Positions 27,516 to 36,484 of a stretch of DNA of 64,000 bases are shown here, piece after piece. The translations under genes and the position numbers were made by a program. Every line of letters starts with the position of its first letter. The first letter of the stretch is position 1. Under the pieces are notes generated by a model. It was given only the letters and a program-made list of their open reading frames with translations, ran no database searches and was not told where the DNA came from. Origin of the DNA: Thermoanaerobaculia bacterium (lineage in GTDB: Bacteria; Acidobacteriota; Thermoanaerobaculia; Gp7-AA8); assembly GCA_036009605.1 (NCBI GenBank), contig DASYLL010000012.1, positions 4,810 to 68,809 of the forward strand, given 5' to 3'.

Positions 27516-29339
27516 GTGCACGTCCACATCGGATCGATCATTAAGTTTCGCACTGAGGGCTTCAGCACCATGCTGTGCATCGTGGCTCGCTATGCGGGCC
27601 GGGTTCTTCGTTTCGAGCTCGCACCTGGGCGCGTCCGTTTGGGTTCAGCGCCCAATAACGACCTGTATATACCGTTCCCGGGCATTTCGCGGCGACATGC
27701 AGAGATCGAGCGTACGGAGCGCGGCGCTGTGATTCGCGACCTCGGTTCCAAGAACCTGCTCGTGGTCAACGGCGCGGCGGTGACCGTCGCGGAATTGCCT
27801 CTCAATGGCACGATTCGCGTCGGCCGCGCCACGCTTTCGCTCGAGGAAGCCCGGACATCCGACCTGCACCTCGCACTCGCGGTTGCGGAGAAAAGCCATG
27901 CGCAATCCGAAGAGACCCGCACCGAACACGAATCCTCGACGGGTGGCCCCGCGGCGGCATTGCAACTCGTTCGCACTTACGAGGGAATGTCACACCGCGT
28001 CTTTCTGCGAACCCTCGGCACGAGACTGAACGAAGCGTGCGAAGTCCTGGCCGCCGACACCGTGGCGCTCGGGAGTTGGACCGGCGACGGCCGAATCTCG
28101 ATCCGAACCATCGCGGGCTCGCTGCCTGATGACGACGTGCTGAGGCGAATCTCCCCAGGAAGACGGAAACGGCAGGTCACCAGACGACAATCCGAGAACG
28201 TCGTAGAGTCCGTTCACGGCCGGCACTGGTGCATGGCCGTGTTCGGACGAAATCACCGCCCTGCACAATGGCAACTGGACTTCATTGAATATCTGGCCTG
28301 TAAATCCTTTGGGCAGGAGTCCGAACCCGCTGCAGCGGAGGTTTCGGCCGACACGCCACTACCCGTTCCCGAATCGATGGTGATCGGCTCTTCCGCGCGC
28401 ATGCGCGAGGCAATGGACCAGCTCCGCGCCACTGCAGGGAGCGATCTGGACGTGCTGCTCACAGGAGAGACGGGTACGGGCAAAGAACTCTTTGCACGGC
28501 TCGTTCACGCCGCCGGCAGATACCCATCGGGACAGTTCGTGGCCATCAATTGCGCCGCAATTCCTTCCGAGTTGCTCGAGGCGGAGCTGTTCGGAGTGCA
28601 CGGCCGCGTCGCCACTGGCGTCGATCCGAGGGTCGGGCGCTTCGCGCAGGCCGAGGGAGGTTCGCTCTTCCTCGACGAGATCGGCGAGCTTCCGGACCGC
28701 CTTCAGGCAAAGCTGTTGCGTGTGCTTCAGGAGCGCGAGATTCTTCCGCTCGGTGCCGTCCATGCACGTCCGATTCATCTTCGCGTAATCGCCGCGTCGA
28801 ACCGCAATCTCCTCCAACTGTCGCGCGACGGCACATTCCGTCCCGATTTGTACTATCGCCTGAGTGCCCTCCGGTTTGACCTTCCCGCATTGCGGGACCG
28901 GCGCGAGGATATCCCCGGGCTCACGCTTGCGTTCGCGAATGAGGCCGCCGCGCGTCACCGGAAAAACGTGCGCGGTGTCAGCCGCTCCGCGCTGGCGGCA
29001 TTGATTGCCTACGACTGGCCCGGAAACATCCGCGAGTTACGGAATCAGGTCCAGCGCGCGATTCTGATCTGTGAGCCGAACGGACTGCTCGATGGAACGC
29101 ACTTCGAGCTGGAGTCGTCCGCGCATCCGGTTCCTCGTGCTCAACACGCTGTGACAGAGCAATCCACGCCGGCTGAGCCGCTCGCGCCGCTGCAACAGCA
29201 AGTCGAAGCTCTCGAGCGCGGCGCAATCTCGAAAGCGCTTCTCCAGTGTCACGGCAACCGCAGCGCCGCGGCACGGCTGCTGGGCATCACGCGCAACGGA
29301 CTCGCATTGAAGCTGCGAAGACTGGGGCTCTCGCAATGA
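27516..29339 (+). CDS. Sigma-54-dependent transcriptional activator with N-terminal FHA domain (FHA - central region - AAA+ - Fis-type HTH)
   Basis: FHA: RLGSAPNNDLYIPFPGISRRHAEI...RDLGSKNLLVVNG. AAA+: GETGTGKE, GSLFLDEIGEL, RPDLYYRL. HTH: NRSAAARLLGITRNGLALKLRRLGL. The start may be ATG 27570 (MLCIV). Confidence 0.85.
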   Translation: MHVHIGSIIKFRTEGFSTMLCIVARYAGRVLRFELAPGRVRLGSAPNNDLYIPFPGISRRHAEIERTERGAVIRDLGSKNLLVVNGAAVTVAELPLNGTIRVGRATLSLEEARTSDLHLALAVAEKSHAQSEETRTEHESSTGGPAAALQLVRTYEGMSHRVFLRTLGTRLNEACEVLAADTVALGSWTGDGRISIRTIAGSLPDDDVLRRISPGRRKRQVTRRQSENVVESVHGRHWCMAVFGRNHRPAQWQLDFIEYLACKSFGQESEPAAAEVSADTPLPVPESMVIGSSARMREAMDQLRATAGSDLDVLLTGETGTGKELFARLVHAAGRYPSGQFVAINCAAIPSELLEAELFGVHGRVATGVDPRVGRFAQAEGGSLFLDEIGELPDRLQAKLLRVLQEREILPLGAVHARPIHLRVIAASNRNLLQLSRDGTFRPDLYYRLSALRFDLPALRDRREDIPGLTLAFANEAAARHRKNVRGVSRSALAALIAYDWPGNIRELRNQVQRAILICEPNGLLDGTHFELESSAHPVPRAQHAVTEQSTPAEPLAPLQQQVEALERGAISKALLQCHGNRSAAARLLGITRNGLALKLRRLGLSQ

Positions 29340-30307
29340 ACCGCCGTGCCGAGACCGAAACCATCGATGTACTCTCCGGCAGCTTCGACCCGGGGATTGC
29401 GGTCATCCCACCCGGCACGCGTCTCGGATCCCGTTATGTCATTCGTGACGCCCTTGGGATCGGTGGTTCCTCAGTCGTCTATGCCGCTGACGACTCCCTG
29501 ACGTCTCGTGCCGTGGCCGTAAAAGTCCTGAGGCCGGATCGGTCAACCGAGACGGCGCTCGTTCGTTTCCGGAACGAGGCATTGATTGCACAGGGCATCG
29601 ACTGTCCGCACATTGTGCGCGTTTTCGACTACGCGGAGGGACCTCCCACATATCTGGTCATGGAGCTCGCGCGAGAGGGGTCGCTTCGACAAGCTCTGAA
29701 GGACGGACCGTTGCCCATCGGCCGAGCGATCGAGATTGCCGGACAGGTTCTTCGTGCGCTGTCTGCACTGCACGACCGCTTCATCATCCATTGTGACGTC
29801 AAGCCGGGGAACATTCTGATCGACGCCGGAGCACGGGTCGTCCTCGGTGATTTTGGACTGGCGCGTCAAACGAGCGAGTGCGCAGACGTCTGTAGCAGTC
29901 AGGGCGTGATCGGAACACTCGAATACCTCGCCCCGGAGCAGGCACTGGGACGAGGCCTCGACGCCCGCACCGACCTCTATGCCCTCGGAATCGTCCTGTT
30001 CGAGATGCTCACCGGAGCAGTGCCGCACCGTCGCGCATCCGCATTGGGAACGCTGCTCGCGCACATTCAGGAGCCGGCACCGAACGTACGGAAACTGCGC
30101 CCCACCACACCTCAATGGCTTTCCGAATTAATCGCGTGTCTTCTCGACAAGCAACCGCGAAAGCGCTTCGACTCTGCCAGCGCCGTTCTGCACGACCTTC
30201 CGCAGCACGATACAGAGTCCCTGCGCACCTGCATCTGTGATTGCACAGAATCGTGGCAGACCGGCGCACATAGTTGTCATGACGTGCGCAGCAAGTTGGC
30301 AATTTGA
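29336..30307 (+). CDS. Ser/Thr protein kinase, soluble kinase-domain-only protein with Cys/His-rich tail
   Basis: ORF 29246.., trimmed to ATG at 29336, which overlaps the activator stop (ATGA). GIGGSSVVY, AVAVKVL, HCDVKPGNIL, DFGLAR, GTLEYLAPEQ. Tail CICDCTESWQTGAHSCH. Confidence 0.9.
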   Translation: MNRRAETETIDVLSGSFDPGIAVIPPGTRLGSRYVIRDALGIGGSSVVYAADDSLTSRAVAVKVLRPDRSTETALVRFRNEALIAQGIDCPHIVRVFDYAEGPPTYLVMELAREGSLRQALKDGPLPIGRAIEIAGQVLRALSALHDRFIIHCDVKPGNILIDAGARVVLGDFGLARQTSECADVCSSQGVIGTLEYLAPEQALGRGLDARTDLYALGIVLFEMLTGAVPHRRASALGTLLAHIQEPAPNVRKLRPTTPQWLSELIACLLDKQPRKRFDSASAVLHDLPQHDTESLRTCICDCTESWQTGAHSCHDVRSKLAI

Positions 30308-30328
30308 GCCGGAAAAGGACTGAATTCG

Positions 30329-30344
30329 CGGCACAGCCGGTGCA
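30329..30344 (+). promoter_or_regulatory. Sigma-54 (-24/-12) promoter candidate
   Basis: cGGCACagccggTGCA versus consensus TGGCAC-N5-TTGCW. GG (30330-31) and GC (30342-43) are separated by exactly 10 nt. It lies 54 nt upstream of the ATG at 30398, which has a GGAGG SD at 30386-90. Confidence 0.55.
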
Positions 30345-30397
30345 GAAACAATGGTGAATCGGGGTCGTCCACCACAAACCAACAATCGGAGGTTTCT

Positions 30398-30790
30398 ATG
30401 TCTCGTGTGAGGCTTTTCGTTTCACTGCTTCTTGTCCTGAGCGCTGTTGCAGTCTTTGCGGATGACCCGCCGCCGGGAACTGTCGTACAGCGGCAGTGGC
30501 TGCGTCCCTGTCTCGACTCGGGGTCGGTCACGTACGACCAGTACGAGTACAGGTGCACGTCCGCCGAGTCGAGCGTTCAGGTCTACAACATCTACACGCG
30601 TGCCGAGTACCTGAAGGACGCCGTCTACCGGGTCGATCGCTCGCCGCTTTCGAACAGCAACTTCTACGCGTACGCCGTCAAGCAGTACACCGAGGTGGCA
30701 GATACCAAACGGCTCGACTCGGCGGCGTTGGTCATTAAGCGCGATATTTCCACGAAGACGCCGGGGTGGGCATACAAGAAGAAGGATTAG
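30398..30790 (+). CDS. Small secreted protein (130 aa)
   Basis: Signal peptide MSRVRLFVSLLLVLSAVAVFA|DD. First gene after the sigma-54 promoter candidate. Confidence 0.6.
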   Translation: MSRVRLFVSLLLVLSAVAVFADDPPPGTVVQRQWLRPCLDSGSVTYDQYEYRCTSAESSVQVYNIYTRAEYLKDAVYRVDRSPLSNSNFYAYAVKQYTEVADTKRLDSAALVIKRDISTKTPGWAYKKKD

Positions 30791-30793
30791 CGT

Positions 30794-31924
30794 ATGCAGC
30801 GGCAGCCCATAGTGAGTATGCGCTCCGGCCGGTTCGGCCGTCTCTCCCTGCGAGCGGCCGCTGCAGCGATCACCGGAGTTCTCTCGTTTCTCTCATGTAC
30901 AACGGTGGACGGCCCCGATCAACCACCAACACCAATCGCTACGCCCGACCGCAGCGCCATTCAATGGGATGCGGTCGGGATCGCATCCCTGCCGATACAC
31001 ACTGCGGCCGTGATCGCCGATCTCACCCTTCTCCTTGATGGCCGTTTGTGGCCAGGCTATACGCTCGCGTCGCATCCCCTGCTGGTCGATGTCGCCGGAG
31101 AGGCGTTGTACTGCATCGGCCGTTGCGTGGCCGGACTGGACGGTCCTCTGCGAACCGACGAGATCGCAGGCCGTTTCACTGGACGATACTCGTTCGTTCC
31201 CGGCACAACAGTCGGGCTGGCCGACGAACAAACGGTCCTCATCGTGAGCTTCGACCCGAATCGCGAGGTTCTGAAAGACATCGTCTTCACAGCCATTCAC
31301 GAGGGATTTCACGCCTACTATCAGGCCGACCGCGAAAACGACGTACCGCTCGAGATGCGCCTTCCCGGCAATGCGCAACGTAGTGCATACGCATCACGCG
31401 CGGAGCTTCAGAACACATACACTGCCGCGGCGGAACGGAACGGATTCCTCTCCCGCGAGATTCGCGCGCTGGCGTGGGCCGCGAAGGCAGGCGCGAAGGA
31501 GCGGGCCGACGACGGAGAGTTGCGCGCTTGTCTCGATCAGTTCCTCGAATTACGGCGGATCCGACACAGCGAGCTTCCGACTCCCGTAATGGAGGAGGAC
31601 CTCTGGGAGCGAACCGAAGGGGTTCCGCTCTACCTGGAGCGCAAAGCCGCGACTCTCCTCGGGCGTTCCGACACAAACGTTCTCGAACAGATATTCGACT
31701 ACGGGGTCGTACCGGATCTCTCGATGGTGCCGTACTTCTCGATCACGGGCGCACTCGAAGCCGTGATTCTCGATCAACTCACGCGCGACGAATGGCGCAC
31801 CTGGGTCTTCCCCGGGCGATCGGGAGAAGGACTGTCGCTCTACGACGCGGTCGTCCGCGCTCGGAGCTCACTCCGCCCGGGGTTGCCCGTCCCATGTCCC
31901 GCCAATGCAGGAGCCGAATCATGA
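30794..31924 (+). CDS. Lipoprotein with HExxH motif (putative zinc metallopeptidase-like)
   Basis: Lipobox VLSFLSC|TT. HEGFH at 31298-31312 (FTAIHEGFHAYYQ). Starts 3 nt after the previous stop. Confidence 0.6.
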   Translation: MQRQPIVSMRSGRFGRLSLRAAAAAITGVLSFLSCTTVDGPDQPPTPIATPDRSAIQWDAVGIASLPIHTAAVIADLTLLLDGRLWPGYTLASHPLLVDVAGEALYCIGRCVAGLDGPLRTDEIAGRFTGRYSFVPGTTVGLADEQTVLIVSFDPNREVLKDIVFTAIHEGFHAYYQADRENDVPLEMRLPGNAQRSAYASRAELQNTYTAAAERNGFLSREIRALAWAAKAGAKERADDGELRACLDQFLELRRIRHSELPTPVMEEDLWERTEGVPLYLERKAATLLGRSDTNVLEQIFDYGVVPDLSMVPYFSITGALEAVILDQLTRDEWRTWVFPGRSGEGLSLYDAVVRARSSLRPGLPVPCPANAGAES

Positions 31925-33348
31925 ATATGCGCCACCTCGTGTCTCTCACTATCGCCGCGTCCCTCCTCGTCCTTGGTGCGGCTGCTGAGCCCACCGGCCT
32001 TCCGTCTCGGGTTCACATCTCCGATCCGCCGTCACGGTGGAAGTGCGAGCGGCCGGAGGAAGCGCCGGAGTGGCTGGTCGCTGAGGGAGTCACGAGACCT
32101 CCGATCCTCGCTTGCCGCGATGACGCGGGGGCGATACTGCTGCTCTCCTACACCGATCTGTCGACCTCGCGCACCGGTTATTCGGTCGATACGCTCGTCA
32201 GCGGGGCCGAAGATCAACTGCCCGGTTCATGGCGCGTGCAGAAGAAGAGCTCCGCGTTCACCACGAGGCAGACGCCGTCGCGGCTGGCCGTCACACGCGT
32301 GAGACTCGTCGGTAGCGGGAACGGCTTGACCTTCGCGGCGGGCGGGTCGACACCAACGCTGGTCCTGATGGAACAGGTGCCGCTGGCGTATTCGGAACCC
32401 CCGAGTACTACGGCGCTGCACCAGTACATTCTTGCGTTCGAGGTTCGAACCTCGCTGCCACCGGAACCGCGGCGAAAGGCAGCCATCGACGAACGCGAAA
32501 GGGAGTTGGAGCGCTGGGTCGATACCCTCGTCGTCGATCACTCGATTGCCCTGCTGCAGCCATCGGAGTTCGAGTTCCTCTCCGCGACCCGCGTCGGCGC
32601 TTCCACGGCGTCCCCCCGACCGGCCGCCCCCGCGCCCGTTGCACCCTCGCCTGCGGAAGCGACCGCAAAAGCGTTCATCGCCGGCGACTCCGGGGAACTA
32701 GCCGAGCCGACGGCTCGCGAGCTCGAGGAACTGGCGCGCACGGAATCGACCCTGGGATCCGCCGCCGCGGAGACCCTGCGGCGCGCCCGTCTGCGTGCAG
32801 CGTCCGCACGCACGCCCGAGGTCTGGCGCACAATCGCGACGAACACGCCAAAAGCGACCCTGCCAGGACTGGTGGCGGTGTTTCTATCCGCCGCGCTATC
32901 AAACAATGACGCGGTTACCGCCAACGCCGTGATCGCGTCCGCCACGGAGAGCTCGCTAACGCTCGCCAGCTTCAGCGACACCGATCTCCAATCCATCCTC
33001 GTGGGTCTTGAGTCGTTTCCTGGTTTGCTCGTCGACGGCGGCGGGCCGGCGCTCGCCATCGACGCAGCCCGCGACGGTGAACGCCTTGCGCGACTGCTGG
33101 CCCGATCCGGTGTGACGTTCATCGACATCGCGACACTGGCGCGACCAATCCCGCCGGGTGAAACGCGCTGGAAATTGCTGCGCTCGACCCCCGCAAACTC
33201 TCTGCCGGTGTTTGTGCGTTCCGGCCAAAATCTCGGCCGCCTCGTCCGTGACGGCGCAACCGCACGCTTCGAACGATTCGCAACTCTCGTCGATGTCATG
33301 CACGCCGTCAGAGCCGCCGGCACGCGGAACAGTGCAATGGCGCGGTAG
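31921..33348 (+). CDS. Secreted hypothetical protein (475 aa)
   Basis: ORF 31474.., trimmed to ATG at 31921, which overlaps the upstream stop (ATGA). Signal MNMRHLVSLTIAASLLVLGAAA|EP. Ala/Pro-rich linker mid-protein. Confidence 0.55.
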   Translation: MNMRHLVSLTIAASLLVLGAAAEPTGLPSRVHISDPPSRWKCERPEEAPEWLVAEGVTRPPILACRDDAGAILLLSYTDLSTSRTGYSVDTLVSGAEDQLPGSWRVQKKSSAFTTRQTPSRLAVTRVRLVGSGNGLTFAAGGSTPTLVLMEQVPLAYSEPPSTTALHQYILAFEVRTSLPPEPRRKAAIDERERELERWVDTLVVDHSIALLQPSEFEFLSATRVGASTASPRPAAPAPVAPSPAEATAKAFIAGDSGELAEPTARELEELARTESTLGSAAAETLRRARLRAASARTPEVWRTIATNTPKATLPGLVAVFLSAALSNNDAVTANAVIASATESSLTLASFSDTDLQSILVGLESFPGLLVDGGGPALAIDAARDGERLARLLARSGVTFIDIATLARPIPPGETRWKLLRSTPANSLPVFVRSGQNLGRLVRDGATARFERFATLVDVMHAVRAAGTRNSAMAR

Positions 33349-34665
33349 TTACGGTATCCGGCGCCGCGCCAGGACACCCCCGACCCCCGCCATCGCACAA
33401 ACCAGCGGCATCACCGGCACCCGAAACCGCGTCTCACCAAAAGTCCCTCCGGCCGCGGCGATCATGTACGCGGCCGACCCCACCACGATCAAAACGGCAG
33501 CCGTCCAGCGCATCGACACGAATCCGTACGCCGCCAGCAGATATAGCAGCAACAGGAAGACGCCGAGTCCCACATGCAGGAGGTCTCGCGCGCTGATTCC
33601 GCCTTGCTGCACGCGCTCGGCGAATCGCACCTTTGGCCACGGCAGCCCGAAGAGTGCGCCGAGCTCGCCTCCGCCGCTGGAGATCAGCGTGTAGAACATC
33701 CCTTTGGCGTGAATCACCGCGTACTGCGGCAGATTGCCTTTCATCACTTTCATGCCTTCGCGCCGCATGTATGCGTAGCGCTGGCCGCGGCTCCAGGTGC
33801 GCTGCTCCGGGTGCAGTTGCAGGTAGCGATCGTCGTCCACCCAATCCTCGCCGCCTTTCCATCCCATCTGCAGCGCCTGCTCGTGTTGCGAGATCCCCTT
33901 CTGCTCGACCAGGATCTGTGCGCCACCGTAAAAGTACGCGGCCATGGCGCTGATCGCGGAGAAGCCCGGGAAACCGTACGCGCGATTGCGCAGCGACCAT
34001 GGAGCGAGCAGCGCGAACGCCAGCGTTCCGGCGAGTACGGCGTGAGCGACACCGCGCCACTGTCGCGCGAACAACGCGCGCAACGCCAGGAAGCCAACGA
34101 CGCAGGCAGGCAGGAACAGCGTGACCGGACGGACGTACGCGGCGGTGACGAACAGGAGCATTGCGCCGATGAGATGCGCCGCACGCGCGGACTGCGAATA
34201 CCGCACCGAGAGATATACCGCCCACACCAGGAGCGTCGCGGCGATGGTCTCCGTGAGCATGTAGACCGTGAGTGCAATCGATGCGGGCTCGATTGCAAAG
34301 AGTGCCGCGCCGACCAGTCCGACGCGATCGTTTCTACTCAGTGCGCGTCCGAGCGCGCAGACACCGATGGTCGTCAAAAGAGACAGGAGAATCTGGATGG
34401 CGATCGTCACGCCCTGCACGTGTCCGAGCGCGACGCCCGGAACCAGGAGCAGCGGGTAGCCGGGTGTGCGAATGACATGCGGTTCGCCGCGAAACGTGAA
34501 CGTCCCGTACGCCAGCAGATCCTCCGCCAGGCCAACGTAGGTGATCGTGTCGATCGCAAAGGAGACGGACCGACCGGTAGCGGACCATGCACCGATTGCC
34601 ACTGCGCCGCGAAGAACGAGCGCCAATAGGAGAATCCATCCGAGGGATTTCCGTCGCGCCTGCAT
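33349..34665 (-). CDS. Polytopic membrane glycosyltransferase (GT39/ArnT/PMT_2-like)
   Basis: ORF 33349..34701, trimmed to MQARRK (ATG at 34665). About 10+ TM segments. N-terminal DTITYVGLAEDLL...GEPHVIRTPGYPLLL loop typical of the family. Confidence 0.7.
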   Translation of the reverse strand: MQARRKSLGWILLLALVLRGAVAIGAWSATGRSVSFAIDTITYVGLAEDLLAYGTFTFRGEPHVIRTPGYPLLLVPGVALGHVQGVTIAIQILLSLLTTIGVCALGRALSRNDRVGLVGAALFAIEPASIALTVYMLTETIAATLLVWAVYLSVRYSQSARAAHLIGAMLLFVTAAYVRPVTLFLPACVVGFLALRALFARQWRGVAHAVLAGTLAFALLAPWSLRNRAYGFPGFSAISAMAAYFYGGAQILVEQKGISQHEQALQMGWKGGEDWVDDDRYLQLHPEQRTWSRGQRYAYMRREGMKVMKGNLPQYAVIHAKGMFYTLISSGGGELGALFGLPWPKVRFAERVQQGGISARDLLHVGLGVFLLLLYLLAAYGFVSMRWTAAVLIVVGSAAYMIAAAGGTFGETRFRVPVMPLVCAMAGVGGVLARRRIP

Positions 34666-34747
34666 AAACGTGCGATGGTAGTCGAAAAAGACCAGGCCCA
34701 CCGCACAATACCGATTGGTATTGACGTCGTGCGCTGTGTAATCCCAA

Positions 34748-35299
34748 TTACCTGACGGCCGACAATGCCATCGCGATCAGTCCATCCGTCATGCGGCGGA
34801 GCTCCGCGAGCGACGCGCTCGACGTCTTCAATCCCTTCGTCGCCAGCGCCATGATGTGCGCGAGATCGGCCGCGGTGAGGCTGCGACGACCTTTCATCTC
34901 CGGCTCGAGCACTTCGAGCAGCTGACGTTCGAAGTGTGCATAGAGGTCACCGATCGCATCAGGAACGTAAGAAGCGCACATGGAGAGCAACTCGATGGCG
35001 TTCTCGGAATCGATGACGCTGGCGAACGGCTCGAGAATCCACGTCCCGAAGATGATCTCGAGTCGATCCTTCAGGTTCTTTTTGCGCTGCAGACGTTTCG
35101 CGGTCTCGATCGCAAGCTCTTCTCGCTGTCGATTCACGAGATCGCCGAGCACAGCCTCTTTGTTCGCGAACGCGGCATAGAGCGACGGCCGCGACATCTC
35201 GCACGCCTCGGCGATGTCGCTGATCGTCACCTTCCGGAAGCCGTGCCGGAGGAACAGCCGGTGGGCAGCTTCGGCGATCTTCTGTTTCTTCGGATCCAT
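34748..35299 (-). CDS. TetR-family transcriptional regulator
   Basis: KIAEAAHRLFLRHGFRKVTISDIAEACEMSRPSLYAAFANKEAV HTH. Confidence 0.9.
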   Translation of the reverse strand: MDPKKQKIAEAAHRLFLRHGFRKVTISDIAEACEMSRPSLYAAFANKEAVLGDLVNRQREELAIETAKRLQRKKNLKDRLEIIFGTWILEPFASVIDSENAIELLSMCASYVPDAIGDLYAHFERQLLEVLEPEMKGRRSLTAADLAHIMALATKGLKTSSASLAELRRMTDGLIAMALSAVR

Positions 35300-35307
35300 C
35301 GAGCCTC

Positions 35308-35371
35308 ACTTTACAGTTGACGCGATGTGTAAAGTCGTTAAACTCTTTACATATCGTGTCAATCTGTAAAG
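35308..35371. promoter_or_regulatory. Two palindromic operator candidates in the TetR/ADH divergent region
   Basis: ACTTTACA-N12-TGTAAAGT (35308-35335) and CTTTACA-N13-TGTAAAG (35345-35371). A TTGACG -35-like hexamer lies inside the first. Confidence 0.45.
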
Positions 35372-35392
35372 GTTAGCACGCCAGGAGAAAAG

Positions 35393-36466
35393 ATGACTGA
35401 ATTGAATCTGAGCCATTCCACGACGGCTTTCGCCGGAACATCCGCCGCGGGATACGCCGCGCTCGAGCGAGGCGGACCGATCGTGCCCTTTTCATTCGCA
35501 CGACGCCAGGTGCGACCGCAGGACGTGGCGCTGCGAGTCCGCTTCTGTGGCGTCTGCCACACGGACCTTCATTCAATTCATGAATGGGGACAGGAGTTTC
35601 CGATCGTCCCCGGTCACGAGATCGTCGGCGAGGTGACCGAGGTTGGCAGCGAGGTGACGCGGTTCGCCGTGGGCGATCAGGTCATGGTCGGCACGATCGT
35701 CGACTCCTGCCGCGTCTGCGAGCCATGCAGGATGGGGATGGAGGTGTATTGCCGCGCGTACCCGACGCTCACGTTTGACGGCATCGATCGCGTCGACGGC
35801 ACGCGCACGCGCGGCGGCTACTCCGATCTCTATGTCGCCGATCAACGCTTCGTCTATCACCTCCCCGAAGGAATGGACCCCGCCGCGACGGCGCCGCTTC
35901 TCTGCGCTGGCATTACGACGTTCTCCCCGCTTCGTCACTGGAACGCGGGCCCCGGCAAGACCGTCGGCGTGGTCGGCATCGGCGGCCTCGGACATCTGGC
36001 CATCAAGTTCGCGCGCGCAATGGGAGCGCACGTCATTGCATTCACGACTTCTCCCGGAAAAGTCGAAGACGCCCGGAAACTCGGCGCGCATGAAGTCGTG
36101 CTCTCCACCGACCCGGAGCAGATGAAAGCACAGGCGTTTCGCATCGACCTGATCATCGACACCGTGTCGAAGCGCTATCCGCTCGACCCGTTCCTCCAGA
36201 CTCTCAACCTCAATGGCACTCTCTGCTCCCTCGGCATCCCGGATCGTTTCGAATTCTCGCCGGTGATGCTGGCGATGGGACGCCGCCGCCTTTCCAGTTC
36301 CGGCTCCGGGGGCACGATCGAGACGCAGGAAATGCTCGATTTCTGCAAGGAGCACGACATCGTTGCGGACGTCGAAGTGATCACACCCAATGACCTCAGC
36401 GCTGCGTTCAAACGACTGGACAAAGGAGACGTTCACTATCGATTCGTGCTCGACATGGGACGATAA
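35393..36466 (+). CDS. Zinc-dependent NAD(P) alcohol dehydrogenase (cinnamyl-alcohol/YahK-like)
   Basis: GVCHTDLH, GHEIVGEV, structural-Zn Cys cluster DSCRVCEPC, GIGGLGHLAIKFA Rossmann motif. GGAG SD. Confidence 0.9.
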   Translation: MTELNLSHSTTAFAGTSAAGYAALERGGPIVPFSFARRQVRPQDVALRVRFCGVCHTDLHSIHEWGQEFPIVPGHEIVGEVTEVGSEVTRFAVGDQVMVGTIVDSCRVCEPCRMGMEVYCRAYPTLTFDGIDRVDGTRTRGGYSDLYVADQRFVYHLPEGMDPAATAPLLCAGITTFSPLRHWNAGPGKTVGVVGIGGLGHLAIKFARAMGAHVIAFTTSPGKVEDARKLGAHEVVLSTDPEQMKAQAFRIDLIIDTVSKRYPLDPFLQTLNLNGTLCSLGIPDRFEFSPVMLAMGRRRLSSSGSGGTIETQEMLDFCKEHDIVADVEVITPNDLSAAFKRLDKGDVHYRFVLDMGR

Positions 36467-36484
36467 CGCGGAGGTCGGGTCTGT

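Noticed and set aside
31474-31920. N-terminal extension of ORF 31474..33348
   Set aside because: It overlaps the 3' half of the HExxH lipoprotein gene in another frame. A signal peptide begins exactly at the ATG at 31921, which overlaps the upstream stop (ATGA).
33371-33392. Possible attR (repeat of the tRNA-Asp 3' end) at 'cgacccccgccatcg'
   Set aside because: Only about 7 nt (cccgcca) match the tRNA 3' end, which is far too short to be significant in GC-rich DNA. The right island boundary remains undefined.
33434-34629. ORFs 33574..34629 (+), 33434..34225 (-) and 33750..34298 (-)
   Set aside because: They are alternative frames or strands of the polytopic GT39-like membrane protein gene. 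Only the 33349..34665 frame gives coherent TM helices.
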